DNA from: Haliotis rufescens
Taxonomy: Eukaryota
Direction of reading: 5' to 3'
Length of the DNA: 64,000 nucleotides
Assembly: GCF_023055435.1 (NCBI RefSeq)
Contig: NW_025964383.1
Span: forward strand, 47,306,001-47,370,000
Below the pieces are notes generated by a model. It saw nothing but the letters and a program-made list of their open reading frames with translations. It was not told the DNA's origin and did no database searches. A program made the position numbers and the translations under genes. Every line of letters starts with the position of its first letter. Position 1 is the first letter of the stretch. Positions 25,196-38,977 of the stretch are shown here, piece by piece.

Positions 25196-27348
25196 TGTGT
25201 ATGTCTAGGTGACACTATTAATGTTTGGAACATTGTGTACATTGATCTTCAAACAGTGTTTCAATTATGGTTTCTGAGTCCTATTTTGAAACAATCGCAT
25301 TATATTACAAGCTTATTTCAAATTATTCATTATAACTCAAAACAACACAAGTTAACAGTCTACACAATGTTCGTTGTGAGAGAGCACTTCAAAGAGACCG
25401 CCAAACGACGAGTGAGACGAGTTGTAAACAATGTTGGAAGTCTAGCGAGAAAAGCGTGCAAAACGTGAGCCAGTGAATGCGAGAGAGGCGATCCACATAA
25501 GGCAAACTCAAGGACAACTGTTCACTTTGTGTTATGTCTTGTAAAATACTTGAGTGTGCTGAAGGACGATGATTGGCAAGCAACTTGAAATATTGAAACG
25601 GTTCGTTTTGAGATCAAAATAAAGTTTTTGGCACAAATGTTTCACTACCGTATGATGTCCGTTAGGTCCTGGTTTGACACAATCCCACTTCTGACACCAT
25701 GTTACGTTAGTTATTCCTTCAAAATCAGGACGGACGTAGGAGTGTGTTTGACACATCGTGAGGGCTACACCATGACAACTGTTGTTGTCTCCCTTTGTAC
25801 ATAGCCCTACAATGTGTGTGTTTGTGGTGGGTGTGTGTGGTGTGTGTGCTCTTGTGTATTTCTTCAGCTGTCTGATAATCAGTCATGATGATTACTTATG
25901 AATGTTGTCTGCCAACATCTCACCTTGCAGCCAGTATCACACACGTCATACATAACTGTACTTCACTCAGGCATTAAACACAGGACCCCGCACACGAGAC
26001 ACAATGGCCAGCATAACATGTTGAGGGAAACACCCTGTGCACAAGTAATAAACATAAACTCTGGCCATATTTAAGCAGGATCAGGCTGAGACGTGCATCA
26101 CACACCACAGCGGGGAGGTTACCTGAGTTGCAGCCGGACTGACGCTGATATTGAGGTACGTTGTTATTGTGTGTCTGATGTCATCACCAGCAATATCTGA
26201 TAACTATTATCTTGCACAGCTATCTTGACAAACTAGAACAGGGTTTGTCAGCTGTCCTAACCTGTGTCAGGGCGACCTAAAATCTACTGGAGAAAATTAG
26301 GTTACACTGAAAGCTGACTGTTGATGCATGAACGTGCAGAGCATACACACACATCCTTACCTGTGGCCGTGTTACAGGATGCGTAGTATGTCATTATTAC
26401 ATTGACATCCGACTATTTCACCTACCATAGGACAGTAACTATTGCTTAAACTGTCGATACATTGCAATTGTCCGAGTGCTAATAGCAATAGCAGTCAGAC
26501 ACATATGAAACAATGACAGAAAAATCTCATAAGACCAAGACAACGGAAAGGTCAGTGAAGGGGACACAGCAGAGTGAAGCGTATCTATGTTGAGGAAAGT
26601 TTGGCTTGAACGCACTCCTTTACCCGGCGAGTTGCAATATGTTATTCAGTAACCGTGGTAGCATTGGCGTTATCGTCTCGGTTTGAAGTAAGCATATGTC
26701 TTGCATACATTGAAACATACTATTTAAAACAAATAAAATAACAGTCATTCGATTATTGGATATGGGTTTGTAGTAAGAGCAGGAGTAAAACTTTTTTGCT
26801 AAGAAATTTGAAACTGAATGAGCTGAGGTGAATCGCCAATCTGCTGATGAACGTAAAAGATACTTTCATATCAAAACCTTTTAGAGCCAAGAAGCTCTTC
26901 TCAGAACTACAGCTGGGTTTCTGATCTGACCAATCACCAATTGGGACTATTTTAGGCAGCAGCTAAGGTGAGAGAGCAGTGTGTTGCTGGTGCACTGGAG
27001 TACAGTGTCTTTCTATCTCTCAAGGAAAGAGCGAAAACGAACACTGGGAAATGTCCGATTAAAAACAACATTAGGAAAATGAAAAACAGTGACTGTAAAC
27101 ATGCTCTCTATATACATTGAATGACACTTGTAAATGCTATGTTAGTTATTCGTCCTTCTCCTTATGTATGTGTTTGTGGGTGTATGTTTGTGCTGTGTGT
27201 TTTTTTAGTGTGTGTGCGTGGTACGTTTTTTGCGTGTGTGTCTTGTGTGTGTGTTTGAGTTTGTGTGTTAGTGCTTGTGCATATGTGAAATGTAAATAGT
27301 GTATTGTACTATAAAATGTGATTATTACTCTCATTACATGACCATTAT

Positions 27349-27622
27349 GGGAGGCACGGGTGGCCCAGTCGTCTAAGGCGCCGCGATTCGCTGTGCAGAA
27401 TTGCATCCCTTGGGCACGCCAGAAACCTATGATTGTGGGTTCGAATCCCGGCTCGCCCCGATTATGTTTGTCAGCACCATACCCATGCTCGTGGGTTTCA
27501 CCGAAGTGGTAAACGTCTGAGACCTCCATCACTTCGGGCTTTCCTCCCACATTAAGCTGACACGCCGTGTTATAACTGGAATACTGTTAAAACGGCGTTA
27601 AACCAAACTCACTCACTCACTC
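27349..27622 (+). mobile_element. SINE family A
   Basis: TSD acatgaccattat. Confidence 0.9.
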
Positions 27623-28144
27623 ACATGACCATTATATTTCTTGTCAAGAACTTGGTACACCTTTCTGCGAACACCTACGCTAGCATCATCACTGCTTGAT
27701 TGTGATTCATACACACATATGAATGTGAATGTGAAACAATTTTTTTCAAGTTCATTTTCAATACCAAAAAACATGCTTAAACGAACTTGAAAATACGTCA
27801 CTCTGGTTGAAGACACAGTTTCAGTACAGAAACGTAGTTGTCCATAGCAAAAACAACGTCTACCGGGTCTCAGTGACAACACAAGCCGGTGATAAGTTGT
27901 GATTTGAAGATATCGATACACAGGTATGCTGATACCAAGTCAATCAGTACTGGATTCATTTGTATCCTATTTCTTTGACGTCAGATTTTCTTTTTTTATT
28001 TGTGACACTTTGAGGTGGATGTCCGTTGTTCTTATTGTCACTAAAGCAGATGCTTTGATATTTTACAATTGGATGCTACGTCAAGGTTTGGCCAATGCTG
28101 TGACGTAAGGTTTTTCATTACAGAGGCAAGCAGAAGAGAAAAGG

Positions 28145-28202
28145 ATGGCGGAATTCGCAAGTTCTTCTTCAGAAGAAGCCACATCGAAAAGCAAATTTGA
28201 GG
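28145..28202 (+). CDS. Probable first coding exon of the ankyrin-repeat gene (MAEFASSSSEEATSKSKFE-)
   Basis: Acceptor ttttcattacag at about 28122, aggATGG start context, strong donor G|gtaagt (phase 1). Confidence 0.55.
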
Positions 28203-28446
28203 GTAAGTTTGCTTTCTTCAAGCTCAACGAAGTTGCCTCAGCGTTTATTAATATGAGATATTAAATGTAAATATGTGAATGTGTGAGATGGGTTCAACTC
28301 TTTTTTAAACGTATTTCCAACCAAACCTTGTGAGAGGGGAAATCAGTGAGATGCAACACTATGAAACTGCGTTGTCCTGATGAACCAGGAGACGTGCAGT
28401 ACTCATTCCGATTCCGAGAATACAACTAACGAGCAACAATTGTTGC

Positions 28447-28521
<75 letters not shown>
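28447..28521. repeat. (TA)n(TG)n compound microsatellite
   Basis: Direct reading. Confidence 0.97.
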
Positions 28522-28522
<1 letters not shown>

Positions 28523-29687
28523 TTGTGTGCACATTGGACTTGTAAACCAATCGTTAGTGTGTTCTGCAATCTGATTGGTCAGCCTATCCCCTCGATTTTC
28601 ATTCGATAATACATAATTCGAAAAGCTTTTTATCCGCGTATACATAAATAAACGGTACTATTTCTCAAGACAAGCCAATGCCTGAAGGTACTTTTTCCAA
28701 GCCAGAATTCAATAAATTTAATAATTGTTCAATATGACGACAGTTCAACTAGCCTAGTAAAACACATCATTTTTTTAATGTAAACTTCGGCTTGACAGAG
28801 ACGTCATTTACTCATTTAATACTTGCCATTTTCATTCAGGAATTCTTCCAGCATCCTCCATGCCCAAACCGAAAACTTCCTCATAGGTTCTCAGATTGAA
28901 CTCTGGCTGGGAAAATCTACCTTCAGAGAATTTGGTTTGTCTTGAGAAATAGAAAGGCTCATGTGGATTTGTGGAAATAGAATGATAATCGACGAGGAAG
29001 GCTGACCAATCAAATTGCGGAGCACACAAACTATCGGTTTACAATGTGAGATACATTTGAGAATAGACTTTCACTTTGTGTGAGATCATTGGAGTATGAA
29101 CCTTCATAGAGTGCGCTCCAAACTGTATGAACGTCACAAATGGTATATTTAGGATAACACTGTCTTTGTAAAGTACAGATATTCGCACTTTATTGGGTTG
29201 AGTCCCGGACATGCTCTACGGAAACAACTTATGTAGTTTCTTTACAACAAATAAATTCAAATAATACCCTCCTCAGATGGGAAATGTCCGTTAAAAACTA
29301 CCTCAGTAGGTCAGTCACACATCAAGACGTCGAAATGTCCCGAACAATAAACGTGACGGCAGAGATTTCGGAAGTTCTTAATGAACCTCTTGAGGATAAT
29401 GTTTTAGTCATCATTGATCAACTGGTCGATCATTGAAAGGTGATTCAAGATGTTTCAATTAGACACTGAGGTAAACTCATAGATTGCCATAGACCCGTCA
29501 CTGTGAGCCGAGACATGGATCGAGTCGATACTTTGATACTTCAATTGTTTGGATGTGTATTTCTTAGTTTCTTTCACTCTAGGTACGGTCGGGAGAGAGT
29601 ATAAAATTTGCTACATTTGACCATTTACTGAAAGACTTTGTGGATTAATGTGGTGTTGACCCTCAACTGCTTCTTGGTTGTTTTCAG

Positions 29688-29750
29688 ACTCGCCGATGCC
29701 GATGAGAATGAGACCTGAATTTCCCCAACCCTCGGAAAGCTATGAACTAT
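29688..29750 (+). CDS. 63-nt phase 1-1 micro-exon (SPMPMRMRPEFPQPSESYEL)
   Basis: ggttgttttcag acceptor and |gtgagt donor; open in phase 1; paralogous to 30770-30823. Confidence 0.5.
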
Positions 29751-30052
29751 GTGAGTAAAATCTGTGACCATGTTCAACTGTTTAAAAAGACAGTGTGATA
29801 CGGCAGTTATCATCACCATTGGCCTGTTCTGCAACGCCTACCAATTAACAGAATTCGATCCTGTGGCATTCGGGCCAATTTATCCTGCAATGCCTGCCAA
29901 AGCTGCGGAAGCGTTTGAGGCGGTGGTTGACGTTGTTGGACACAGGGTTCGAGTTCATCCCATAGATGTTCAATTTGGTTTAAATAGGGTAATTTTGAAG
30001 GTCACGTAAGCACAGTATTTTTTCTGCTTCAGCAGGAAATCAGTAGTGACTC

Positions 30053-30295
30053 CGGGGCCACGGGCGGCCAAGTCATCTCAGGCCCTCGACTCGCTTTGCA
30101 GAGTTGCGTCCCTTGGGCACGCCAGAACCCTTTGATTGTCGAATCCTGGCTCGCCCCAATTATGTTTCTAGGTTTGTCAGCATCATACCCGTGCTCGTGG
30201 GTTTCACCGAAGTGGTAAACGTCTGAGACCTGCATCACTTCGGGCATTCCTCCCACATTAAGCTGACACGCGGCAATATAACTGGAATACTGTTA
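30053..30295 (+). mobile_element. SINE family A, tail truncated
   Basis: Sequence match to the other copies; lies between the duplicated micro-exons. Confidence 0.85.
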
Positions 30296-30769
30296 CCCCA
30301 TAGTGACACCTGCAACATGTGCTCGGGCGTTTTCTTGCAGAACAAGCTCTCATTAAGGGCGGATCAGGGGGAAGCAGGTGATGGTTCGAGAAGTTCGTCT
30401 CGGGGAAGTTATTGTGTCATATTGCATTGCACGTGCACCAAAATGGTTGTTATGGTGTTGGACATGGTTGCCCACCTCTGAATCTATGCATACAGAGTCC
30501 GTGCACGAAGTCCAAGCTCACAATGTCCAGGGAGATTGTATTCCATGCTTTTTTCGTGCCAATTCACCAAAAATATGTTTCAGCTGTCAATAAAATACCA
30601 AACGCTAAGAGAACGCTTTATCAAATTTTGTTAACATATTCATAATTTGTATAAAGAAATCACCTGTGTCTTTCTTCATTGTTACATTTGACTACCTTCT
30701 GAAAAGCATCGTGTATTAATGCTAGAGCGTACGGTGTTGACTCGCAAATTTTTCTTTGGTTGTTTTCAG

Positions 30770-30823
30770 ACTCACCGATGTTGATGGAAATGAGACCAGA
30801 TTTTCCCCAACACTCGGAAAGCT
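30770..30823 (+). CDS. 54-nt phase 1-1 micro-exon (SPMLMEMRPDFPQHSES), duplicate of 29688-29750
   Basis: Same acceptor, donor and flanking intron sequence (tgaccatgttcaactgtt) as the 29688 exon. Confidence 0.5.
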
Positions 30824-31839
30824 GTGAGTAGAATCTATGACCATGTTCAACTGTTCAAACATGCTTGTCCAGAACATATTATTTGAAAGCCTCGTCAGGT
30901 AACAGCAATATTGCTGAATGTGGTGGTAAACAACAAGAAAAGCTTTGACGTTTCGAATTTATTGCATTTTAACATGTGCATGCCTTTGAAGTTTTGTGAA
31001 TTACGTTTGAGTCAGATTGAAGTGTTTACGTCGATGGATTGTCACTTCCAGTGTCAAGACCAACTACGTTAGCTTCTGTAGGAAAGATAAAGCTCACAGG
31101 GTAAATCTGTATTAATTGATATACTTCGAGCTTCCATAGCCCCTAATGAAGGAGTCCATTTGCATGTCACTATTAAACAGAAAAAAATAATGTTCATAAT
31201 CGGAATTAATTTTGTGAAACACAATCGACTTCTGAAACTCATAGAAAGGGAGACAACTCTTTTCACTATATGGAACACTGATTCACAACCTAGGATCAGT
31301 TTGAAATAGAATCCAAATATTGGTAGTATTATCAGTACAATAGCTATCACAATAATCATAAACGAAACTGGAACTACTAAATTCAACATAAAAGCCGTTA
31401 TTTTTGTTCGACAGACGGGCCGCATCAGTGCAATGAATGTTTGATGGCGAGTTGATACATGTACTATTGAAATATCTGCATTAACTTGGTTTCAGGTGCC
31501 GGCATTGTTTAATGAGATTACTGATAATGCAACATGTTTAACAACAATTGTCTGCATGTTCCAACGAACGTTATATTTAGTGGATGTAAAATGTTAACGA
31601 TGTGTGTGAGATGCTCACACCCAAAAGTAATCCATGGCGATAACTTTACATATAAGTTGTTCATGTTTATTGAAATGGCATCTTTACCTCTCAAAAGTGT
31701 ACATAATCAAATACGTCAAAGACACCTGTAATGTACTGGCATGATATGTCAAATTGAGCGCTCAGCACCATTCAGTTCCTACAGCACTTCCAAAACTGCA
31801 GAGCACATCATTTGGACTGTGGACTGTTTACTTTAAATG

Positions 31840-32073
31840 TTTGTTTGCACTCAACAATATTTCGGCTATATGACTATACTCGAGTCTGGACCAGACAATC
31901 TAGTGATTGCATCATGAGCATCGATCCACGCAATTCGGATACGATGACATGCATCAACCAAGTCAGCAAGCCTGACCACCCGATCCCGTTAGTCGCCTCT
32001 TACGACACCCGAGTCGCCTTTTACGGCAAGTATGGGTTGCTGAAGACCTATTCTACCCCGGATCTTCATGGGT
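31840..32073 (-). mobile_element. Family B, near full length
   Basis: Head intact to acccatgaag; tail degraded. Confidence 0.85.
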
Positions 32074-32314
32074 CTACTTGAAATGAAAAAAATAATTGAC
32101 TATTAGAGTAATATACAACTCAAAGGATGTTAAGGACCAAACTCGGGAATATTAATAGAATATGTATGATTTGATAACACTCCAATTTCTTTCCATTGAT
32201 GTTTTTCCCTTTTGACGTTTGTGTGTCTCCAGTATCTAGTGGGCAAATATTTATTGTCTCTGATCTAACACAACATTGAGTTTTAGTCACACTTTAAACT
32301 CGGCATATTTTCAG

Positions 32315-32380
32315 ATACAGCAACAGATACAACAAATACAAACAAATTTGTAGGTGATGAAGACTTTCAGGCTGAGGGAG
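32315..32380 (+). CDS. Candidate 66-nt exon of the ankyrin gene; reading frame ambiguous
   Basis: tattttcag acceptor and gag|gtaata donor. Phase 0 gives IQQQIQQIQTNL*VMKTFRLRE (in-frame stop); phase 1 is open. Confidence 0.35.
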
Positions 32381-33900
32381 GTAATATTATAGAGATTATC
32401 ATGTACGAAATATGGAATAATTCACATCATTAGCATCGATTCCACTCATTTAGGATACGATGACATGCAACAAACTAAGATAATGAACATCTGATTCATG
32501 TGGTCATATCCTAAGTCAAACATATGGTGCTAGGGACCTATATCCATACCGAAATATGAAATACCACAATAAGTATTATTAGTCTTATGTCATTCCCTGT
32601 TTCCCTTTTAAAACTGAATCTGTTGATTAAAACATAAAGATGAAATTGTATGTTCATCTTATCCCAGGGGGCAGGTCAATTTTGAATCAATGTTGAAACA
32701 ATGTTGTGACATTGTTTTTTATGTTGGATTTGGAATTTGAAATGTCGACGTTGAATCAACATCACATATCAATGATAACATTTGTTTTGGTATTGGTTAA
32801 ATATTGGCTGCATTGACACATAAAGCTCTTTATATATAAATAGTATCAATGGACTCCAAACTATACTCCAAGTCTGAGTTGCATCTACATTGATACTAAG
32901 GACATGCTGATGTCTCCCCATTGGAGACCCGTTCCATACATGATCCTATTAGGGTGAAATGCTGCACTTTGAGAAAGTCCATAGTTTCAACTTCGTGAAA
33001 TGACAAGGTCTCATCATTCACCACAACAGTAAAGTGAACCGGTAAGGAGTATTTGGATTGTCTGAACAAATGACAATGACTTCAGTACTTTTTGGCACAT
33101 TCGGTCATACATGTCTTGTATAAGAGATTCGCCACAAACGAAGAGAATATGGATATACAGTTTCTCTCTCCTCGGAGAGTATGTGAAGTTCTGAGTCGAG
33201 AGTGATCCATAAAATCATGCTCATGATATAATTGGAATCATTAAATCGGCATTTCTTATGAATATGGAAAGGTTTGTCGCTTTTGTTAATTGATTTCTTT
33301 GAATTATAGATCTGTCAACACCAGAAACTAAAAGAGGATATGGACACGTAGGATGTGTCAGTAAGGCGCAGGTACAGTTCATGTGTTTTGTTTGAATATA
33401 TCTTTTCACTAAGATCATGTTGTTTGTTGTCGTTCAGCAACTCCTTAGTCAGATCAGTACTCAGGTTCAAACATTCATTAGGGAAATGTTGACAATGTGA
33501 TGTACACAGGCAATGAGACAGTTGGCAACATGCACTGACACGAGCTTGAATGTTTAATCAGATAATTAATAGTTTTAGCGAACAAATCAATCCTGCTGTC
33601 TGCATTAGTGATCACTGTGGTGTAAGGCGTTTTTCTTTGCTGTATTGTAAAGAGGTTACTACCTTGAGAAAAGCATGCGACATAGGTACCAGGTTCAAAT
33701 GTCCTAATTGTTTTAGATACTCAAATATTTCGTCACTTTACATCCAACAATTTCATTATATATTTATTTCAGCTGAAACAAATATAATAAACCTATATAA
33801 AAAGGAAATATCTTTATACTGAGTAACAGTGTTATCAAAATAACACCTTATATCTCATTTAGTTCACCCATTTTACCATGTTAAATTTCATTTCTTTCAG

Positions 33901-34012
33901 CAAACGTCTGGATCTGTGACTGATCTGACAAGACAACTGGCAGACCTAAAGCAAGAACTGAAGGCAACCACTGAGAGGGTCAAAAGAATTGAGATCACAC
34001 TACAGATGAAAG
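33901..34012 (+). CDS. Coiled-coil-like exon (QTSGSVTDLTRQLADLKQELKATTERVKRIEITLQMK), phase 0-1
   Basis: tttctttcag acceptor and AAG|gtaaca donor; heptad pattern. The phase 1 end is compatible with both ankyrin exons. Confidence 0.6.
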
Positions 34013-35299
34013 GTAACACTGGTCAAAGTGCATTCAATTTAATGGCTGCATGCCAAAATTCCATGCAAATGAACTGCCGATCTAAAAAAATGTGAGATCA
34101 AGGGTACCAAGGATTCAAAGCAGTACATCTGATATATGTATCAGGAAAACAAATGTTCCCTGTTTGGAGTTTTTGAAACCATTGACAAACTCTCACTTAA
34201 GATAAGAAAGTATTATTTAATTGCTTGCGATATTGTAATGGAAAGAGATAATTATGAACAGGGAAATAGATTTAGGAGATTGTGCGCAGTTGTGTGGAAA
34301 AACCTAGGATGGAATTGCGTCATATAGGTGGAATATTGCTGATTGTGATGTTAGAAAACAAAGAAACCAAACAAAAAGAGAAAATTAGTAACCTCTTGTA
34401 ACATGAAGTAATATTTTATGTGTTGTCGTTCTACTTTAATTAATCAGTATATGTGTATTGCTTAAAATAATATCAGAGGATCTACGGTGACATGTACTCG
34501 AAACCTATCCACCAGTGTTGAAACATATATAAGAACATTGAGTTTTTGAATTGAAATTAATCTCAACTGGCTTTTGATATATAATCGGAATGAACCTGTA
34601 GAGTCTGGACTTGAAATTATAGGCTTGCAGGATATATTTTGGACAATTTGTGCTCCACAGTTAGATTAATGTTTAGTCCCCGGAAATATATTATTTTAAT
34701 AGAAACAAGTAAATGCATTAAAATTGAAAGTAACTCCAGAGAGATGGAAATTTCTGCCTGAACATGTGGAAAATGTCGGCTTGTTTCATTCAGGGCTATA
34801 TCAGTACCGCAAGGGCTGGGCGGAAGGGAAAATACGAAAGTTCAGGGACTGTGACATTACTTATCAAAGATAGCATGTTTGTGGCATTTGGAGGTACCCG
34901 AGAACCTTCCGTTTACAGGTCCCCTCACCTGTCCGACACCTGTAGCTCAGCAACAGGGTAGGCAGGGGTAATCCCTAAAGAACTGGCATGCGGGATATAG
35001 TATATTTCTCACATCCTGTGATATAATCTAAAAAAACAAGTTTGATGTACGACTTTTACATCCATTTACCTGCATTTGAATGTTTCACCATAAATCTAAA
35101 ATCCATCCCACATAAGACACATTAAAAATAATGAAAGATACACCATTTGTTCACATGTTTATATATGATTGACATTACTCTCAGAATTTGTATTAAAATC
35201 TATTGACATATATCTATATCAATTTATATGGATCTAAATAAAATAACGTTATTGTGACATTTTTCTCATCAATATTTATTCAAACACATACAATATTCA

Positions 35300-35430
35300 A
35301 GCTACATGACGGGGGTCTGTAAATAGTCGAATCTGGACCACACAATCCATTGACTGAATATTATAAGTATTGATCTATCAAATTGGGATACGATGACATA
35401 CAGCGAACAGCCTGACCACTCGATCCCGCT
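35300..35430 (-). mobile_element. Family B, degraded fragment
   Basis: tctgtaaata.tcga.tctggacca.acaatcca...cctgaccac.cgatcccg. Confidence 0.75.
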
Positions 35431-36086
35431 TCTATAATGTCTTATACGTCTTATACATGAGATACATTGTCCAGGGAGTGAGTAGCGACCAACTGACGCA
35501 TGAACATGTGAAGAGTATGTTCCAGTTGTCAGAGCTACGTTTTCCTTGGACTCACAGTGTATGTACAACTAGTACTGACCAACTCAACCGTTAGGAAGAA
35601 ACTTTTGAGCGTTTGCCATGGTGTAAATGTTGCCCATTAAACAACACCGTGACACGTTTTGTAGTCCTCTTATTTTAGCATGTATATGCAGATCTGTAGA
35701 GTAAGGTCTACCTTCGCCTACAGTGCTAGTTGTAACAAAATAACACTGATCAGAGGACAGATAGTTGGCATTACAAGCAAAGACAATGCTCAGTGTTCGT
35801 AGCCAAAATACTCGGTTAATATTAGTCCATCATAATCACTATCAACATATAGCCTACCTATCAACCTATATTTCCTAAGATTTATTTACTTTCATTTACT
35901 TTTGTAACCAAATAATACTCAACCGAATTTCCGCGAGAGTTAACTGTGTTAAGCAGAGGGATATGAGATCTCAATAAACTTGGTAACATGGTTTAATTTG
36001 ACTTCCTGGTGCATGTCTGAATTCCAAGACATGTCCTAAAACTGATTATCAGTAAATGCTGCTTGTCAACGCATGTCACAGCAGCT

Positions 36087-36282
36087 AGGGGGCTGTCGGG
36101 TAGTCCAGTGGTTAAAGCGTTAGCTCGTCACGCCGAAGACCCGGGTTCGATTCCCGACAAGGGTACAATGTGTGAAACCCATTTCTGGTGTCCCCCGCCG
36201 TGATATTGATGGAATATTGCTAAAAGCGGCGTAAAACCATACTCGCTCGCTCACTCACTCACTCACTCACTCACTCACTCAT
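36087..36282 (+). mobile_element. Short SINE family D (tRNA-Asp-like head, (ACTC)n tail)
   Basis: TAGTCCAGTGG A box, ctcGTCacgc anticodon-like arm, GGTTCGATTCC B box, shared LINE-type tail. Confidence 0.85.
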
Positions 36283-38833
36283 CATTTTTTTTTTTCTTTT
36301 GAAGTGTTACGGTACACTCACCTCTTATTGCCACAATTTATCAACAATGTGTTACGTTCCTTCATGTACGTGTACACATCCGACCTCTAGCGACTTCTTG
36401 TCTATATATCCATTCACCTTACAAAAGTAGTTCCATTTAAATAGATTCAATACATAAACAGAACACTGATTGTTTCTAAAGTTTAATACTTGGGAACAAT
36501 ACATAAACTGCAGTTTTACAAACTTCAAGAACATTTTTAACAAACATTGGTGAAACCACAAAGCCTTGGCGGTGAAATCCCGCACTAATACAATGTAGCA
36601 GGTACTTTGCACGTGAGAGCCGTCGAGGCGGAATTTCTGTCGATTCATGATATCTAAATGTGTGAATTTTGCAGTGCTCAAGAATATTAAAATATCTTAG
36701 CCTTCGCACACTGGAAGATGATTATTAACTTTGTTTATCATTGCAGTCTTACTGAAGCAGATATATGTACAACGTTTTAATGATGTTATACAGTAGCAGC
36801 TGGACATACTGGTAATTTACAATGTCATATAACATTTGATGTGTTTGTTGATGACGGGGGGGGGGGGGGGGGGATTGATGAGGCCAGTGAAGTGTAAAAT
36901 TTGACCTCCCGTCGTCTGCAGATCACGTTCTTATCTTTTTTGAAGGAATGAAACACCAGTTATACAATTGGGTGTTTGTTTTGTTATTTTCAGCCCCTGA
37001 AACATTTACACATGTATTAGACCATCAGGGTGGAGGTACCATACAACATTTATGTATCTTGTTGGCAACAGATGGCACCAGCATATTTTCCTGATTTTAC
37101 CCACTTCCTCCTTAATCCAGGCGTATCACTGATTATTACCGATAAGGGCTCAAATAGGCAGTGTCATATCTTTGTGATATTTGCACAGTGTGCAATTACT
37201 GATTCTCGAAGCTGATTGGTCATTTGAACAAAGTTTAATTTTCAGTGGACAACGGGACTATCTTTTTTTTATCCCATTCATTCACAAATCCACGCCACTC
37301 AATTGGATGTTTTACGTGCTACAATCTCACTGATTCGAGATAATTAAGACAAGAAACATAGTTTCATATCAACAACATGATTTCACATTATTTATTTTTT
37401 TCATTTATTTCACATGATTTTCGTTTTAAGGTAAAAACCAAAACTACGTCTGCGTTTGTAAACAAACATGGCTGGCCATTTGACACCCGTCAAAGTAAAT
37501 GACCTTGTTAAAGCGGACGTCGATCTGACTGCCATGGACAGTTATTCGTATAATTCAACCTCTAAACACATTTAATGTCTTTGTTGTCAAAACTGCATAC
37601 GGCCAGATTGAGGTTTCATGATTCAGATCGCGATGTTGCCAGAAATTGTGTCTTGTGCGCCAAGATCAATACCAAGTCCGGGTTTGGATCTGTGTTAGAG
37701 GACCCCCCCCGAATCCAAAAACCGGACCTAGTACAGACATGTTTACCTTTGTGAACGATGATGACATCGATATCTGCCAATGAAAATGAAAACACAATGA
37801 AAAAGACTAAACTTGACAAGTTGACATGAACTTAATTCACAAATTTATACAGTTAAGAAAAACACAAAAAATAGTTTACACTTTCAACGATGGTATAAGA
37901 ATGAAAAGAAAACAAAAATAATTAAAAATACAAGGAAAAGAAAACTTACGCAAGCGAGCTAATCCTGTGTCCAATATTGAACTAAATGAACTTCGTGAAT
38001 GCGGACAGCTTGTCACCAAGTCTCCAGATACCGTGTTGGTCTGTCAACAGCTATTCGACCATTAGCCTGTGAATCACATCAGAACATTAACTAACTCCCG
38101 TCATCCACTCGGTTTTGTCCACTCCACAAGCGTGTTTGACAAGTCTTCCTAAAATCCCACATGCACATGTTTTCAATCAGTTACACATGTCTCAAATCAC
38201 ACACAATGTTCATTAAACTTGTTGTTCAGATTAAACTGTAACGCCGGTTCTGTTGTCATTCCTGGTTTTGGCTGTCTCATATCTGTGTCAAGTCGGGTCA
38301 TTCATTCCGACACTGTGACGGCAATCGTACTTTTAAAAATTTACCTACTATTCGCGTAACTTTTCCCTAGCAAACAAGACTTCTGTACATTCCGTCTATG
38401 TTGTTGTTATAGGTTTTGGCATTTTTTTCAAATGACACGTAACAAAATTAACAAGTTTTCCGTGTTTCCTCTTCTCAATGTGAAATGCACGTCTCTGCCG
38501 ATGCACGACAGGGGCTGTCTGTCAGTGACGAGATCGCGTCAAAACAAACTTTGATTTGAACAAACCTGATGAACCTTTTTAGAAACTGGTCTTCTTTATC
38601 AATGCTAGATAGTGTACGCTGTGTAAATGAGACAGAAATGTAACTGCAATAATGTGATCTTTAAGTTTTTTTAACAGAACTATATTTTTCACACGTAACA
38701 ACACGGTAAGTGTGTAATGCGATTGGAGAGAGCGGACAGTGTTTTTTCACACGCGGATTGATGCAAAACAGCTGATTCTTGATCGTCGACAGTTTTTTCC
38801 TTGAAACGTCTTAAAAATGATTATGGGAAATAA

Positions 38834-38977
38834 ATAGAATAACCCAGTCGGCACAAGTGATTACGGAAAATATGTTACTCGTGAAATTAATATTGTAAGT
38901 TCTGAGCTAAAGCTATAACATTAATTTCACTCGTGACATATTTTCCGTGATCACTTGTACCTCGTGGGTTATTCTAT
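38834..38977. repeat. ~144-bp imperfect palindrome
   Basis: atagaataaccca..acaagtgat.acggaaaatatgt.ac..gtgaaattaat pairs with attaatttcac..gtgacatattttccgtgatcacttgt..tgggttattctat. Confidence 0.9.

Noticed and set aside
26060-26160. TATTTAA plus GAG|gtacgt as a possible non-coding first exon of the ankyrin gene
   Set aside because: Plausible but unsupported without transcript data.
33550-33822. ORF containing an SDH endonuclease-like motif
   Set aside because: Too short and degenerate to call; at most a LINE scrap.
36087-36165. Possible tRNA-Asp gene (likewise the tRNA-like heads of families A and C)
   Set aside because: Acceptor and anticodon stems are imperfect and run on into SINE body and tail sequence.
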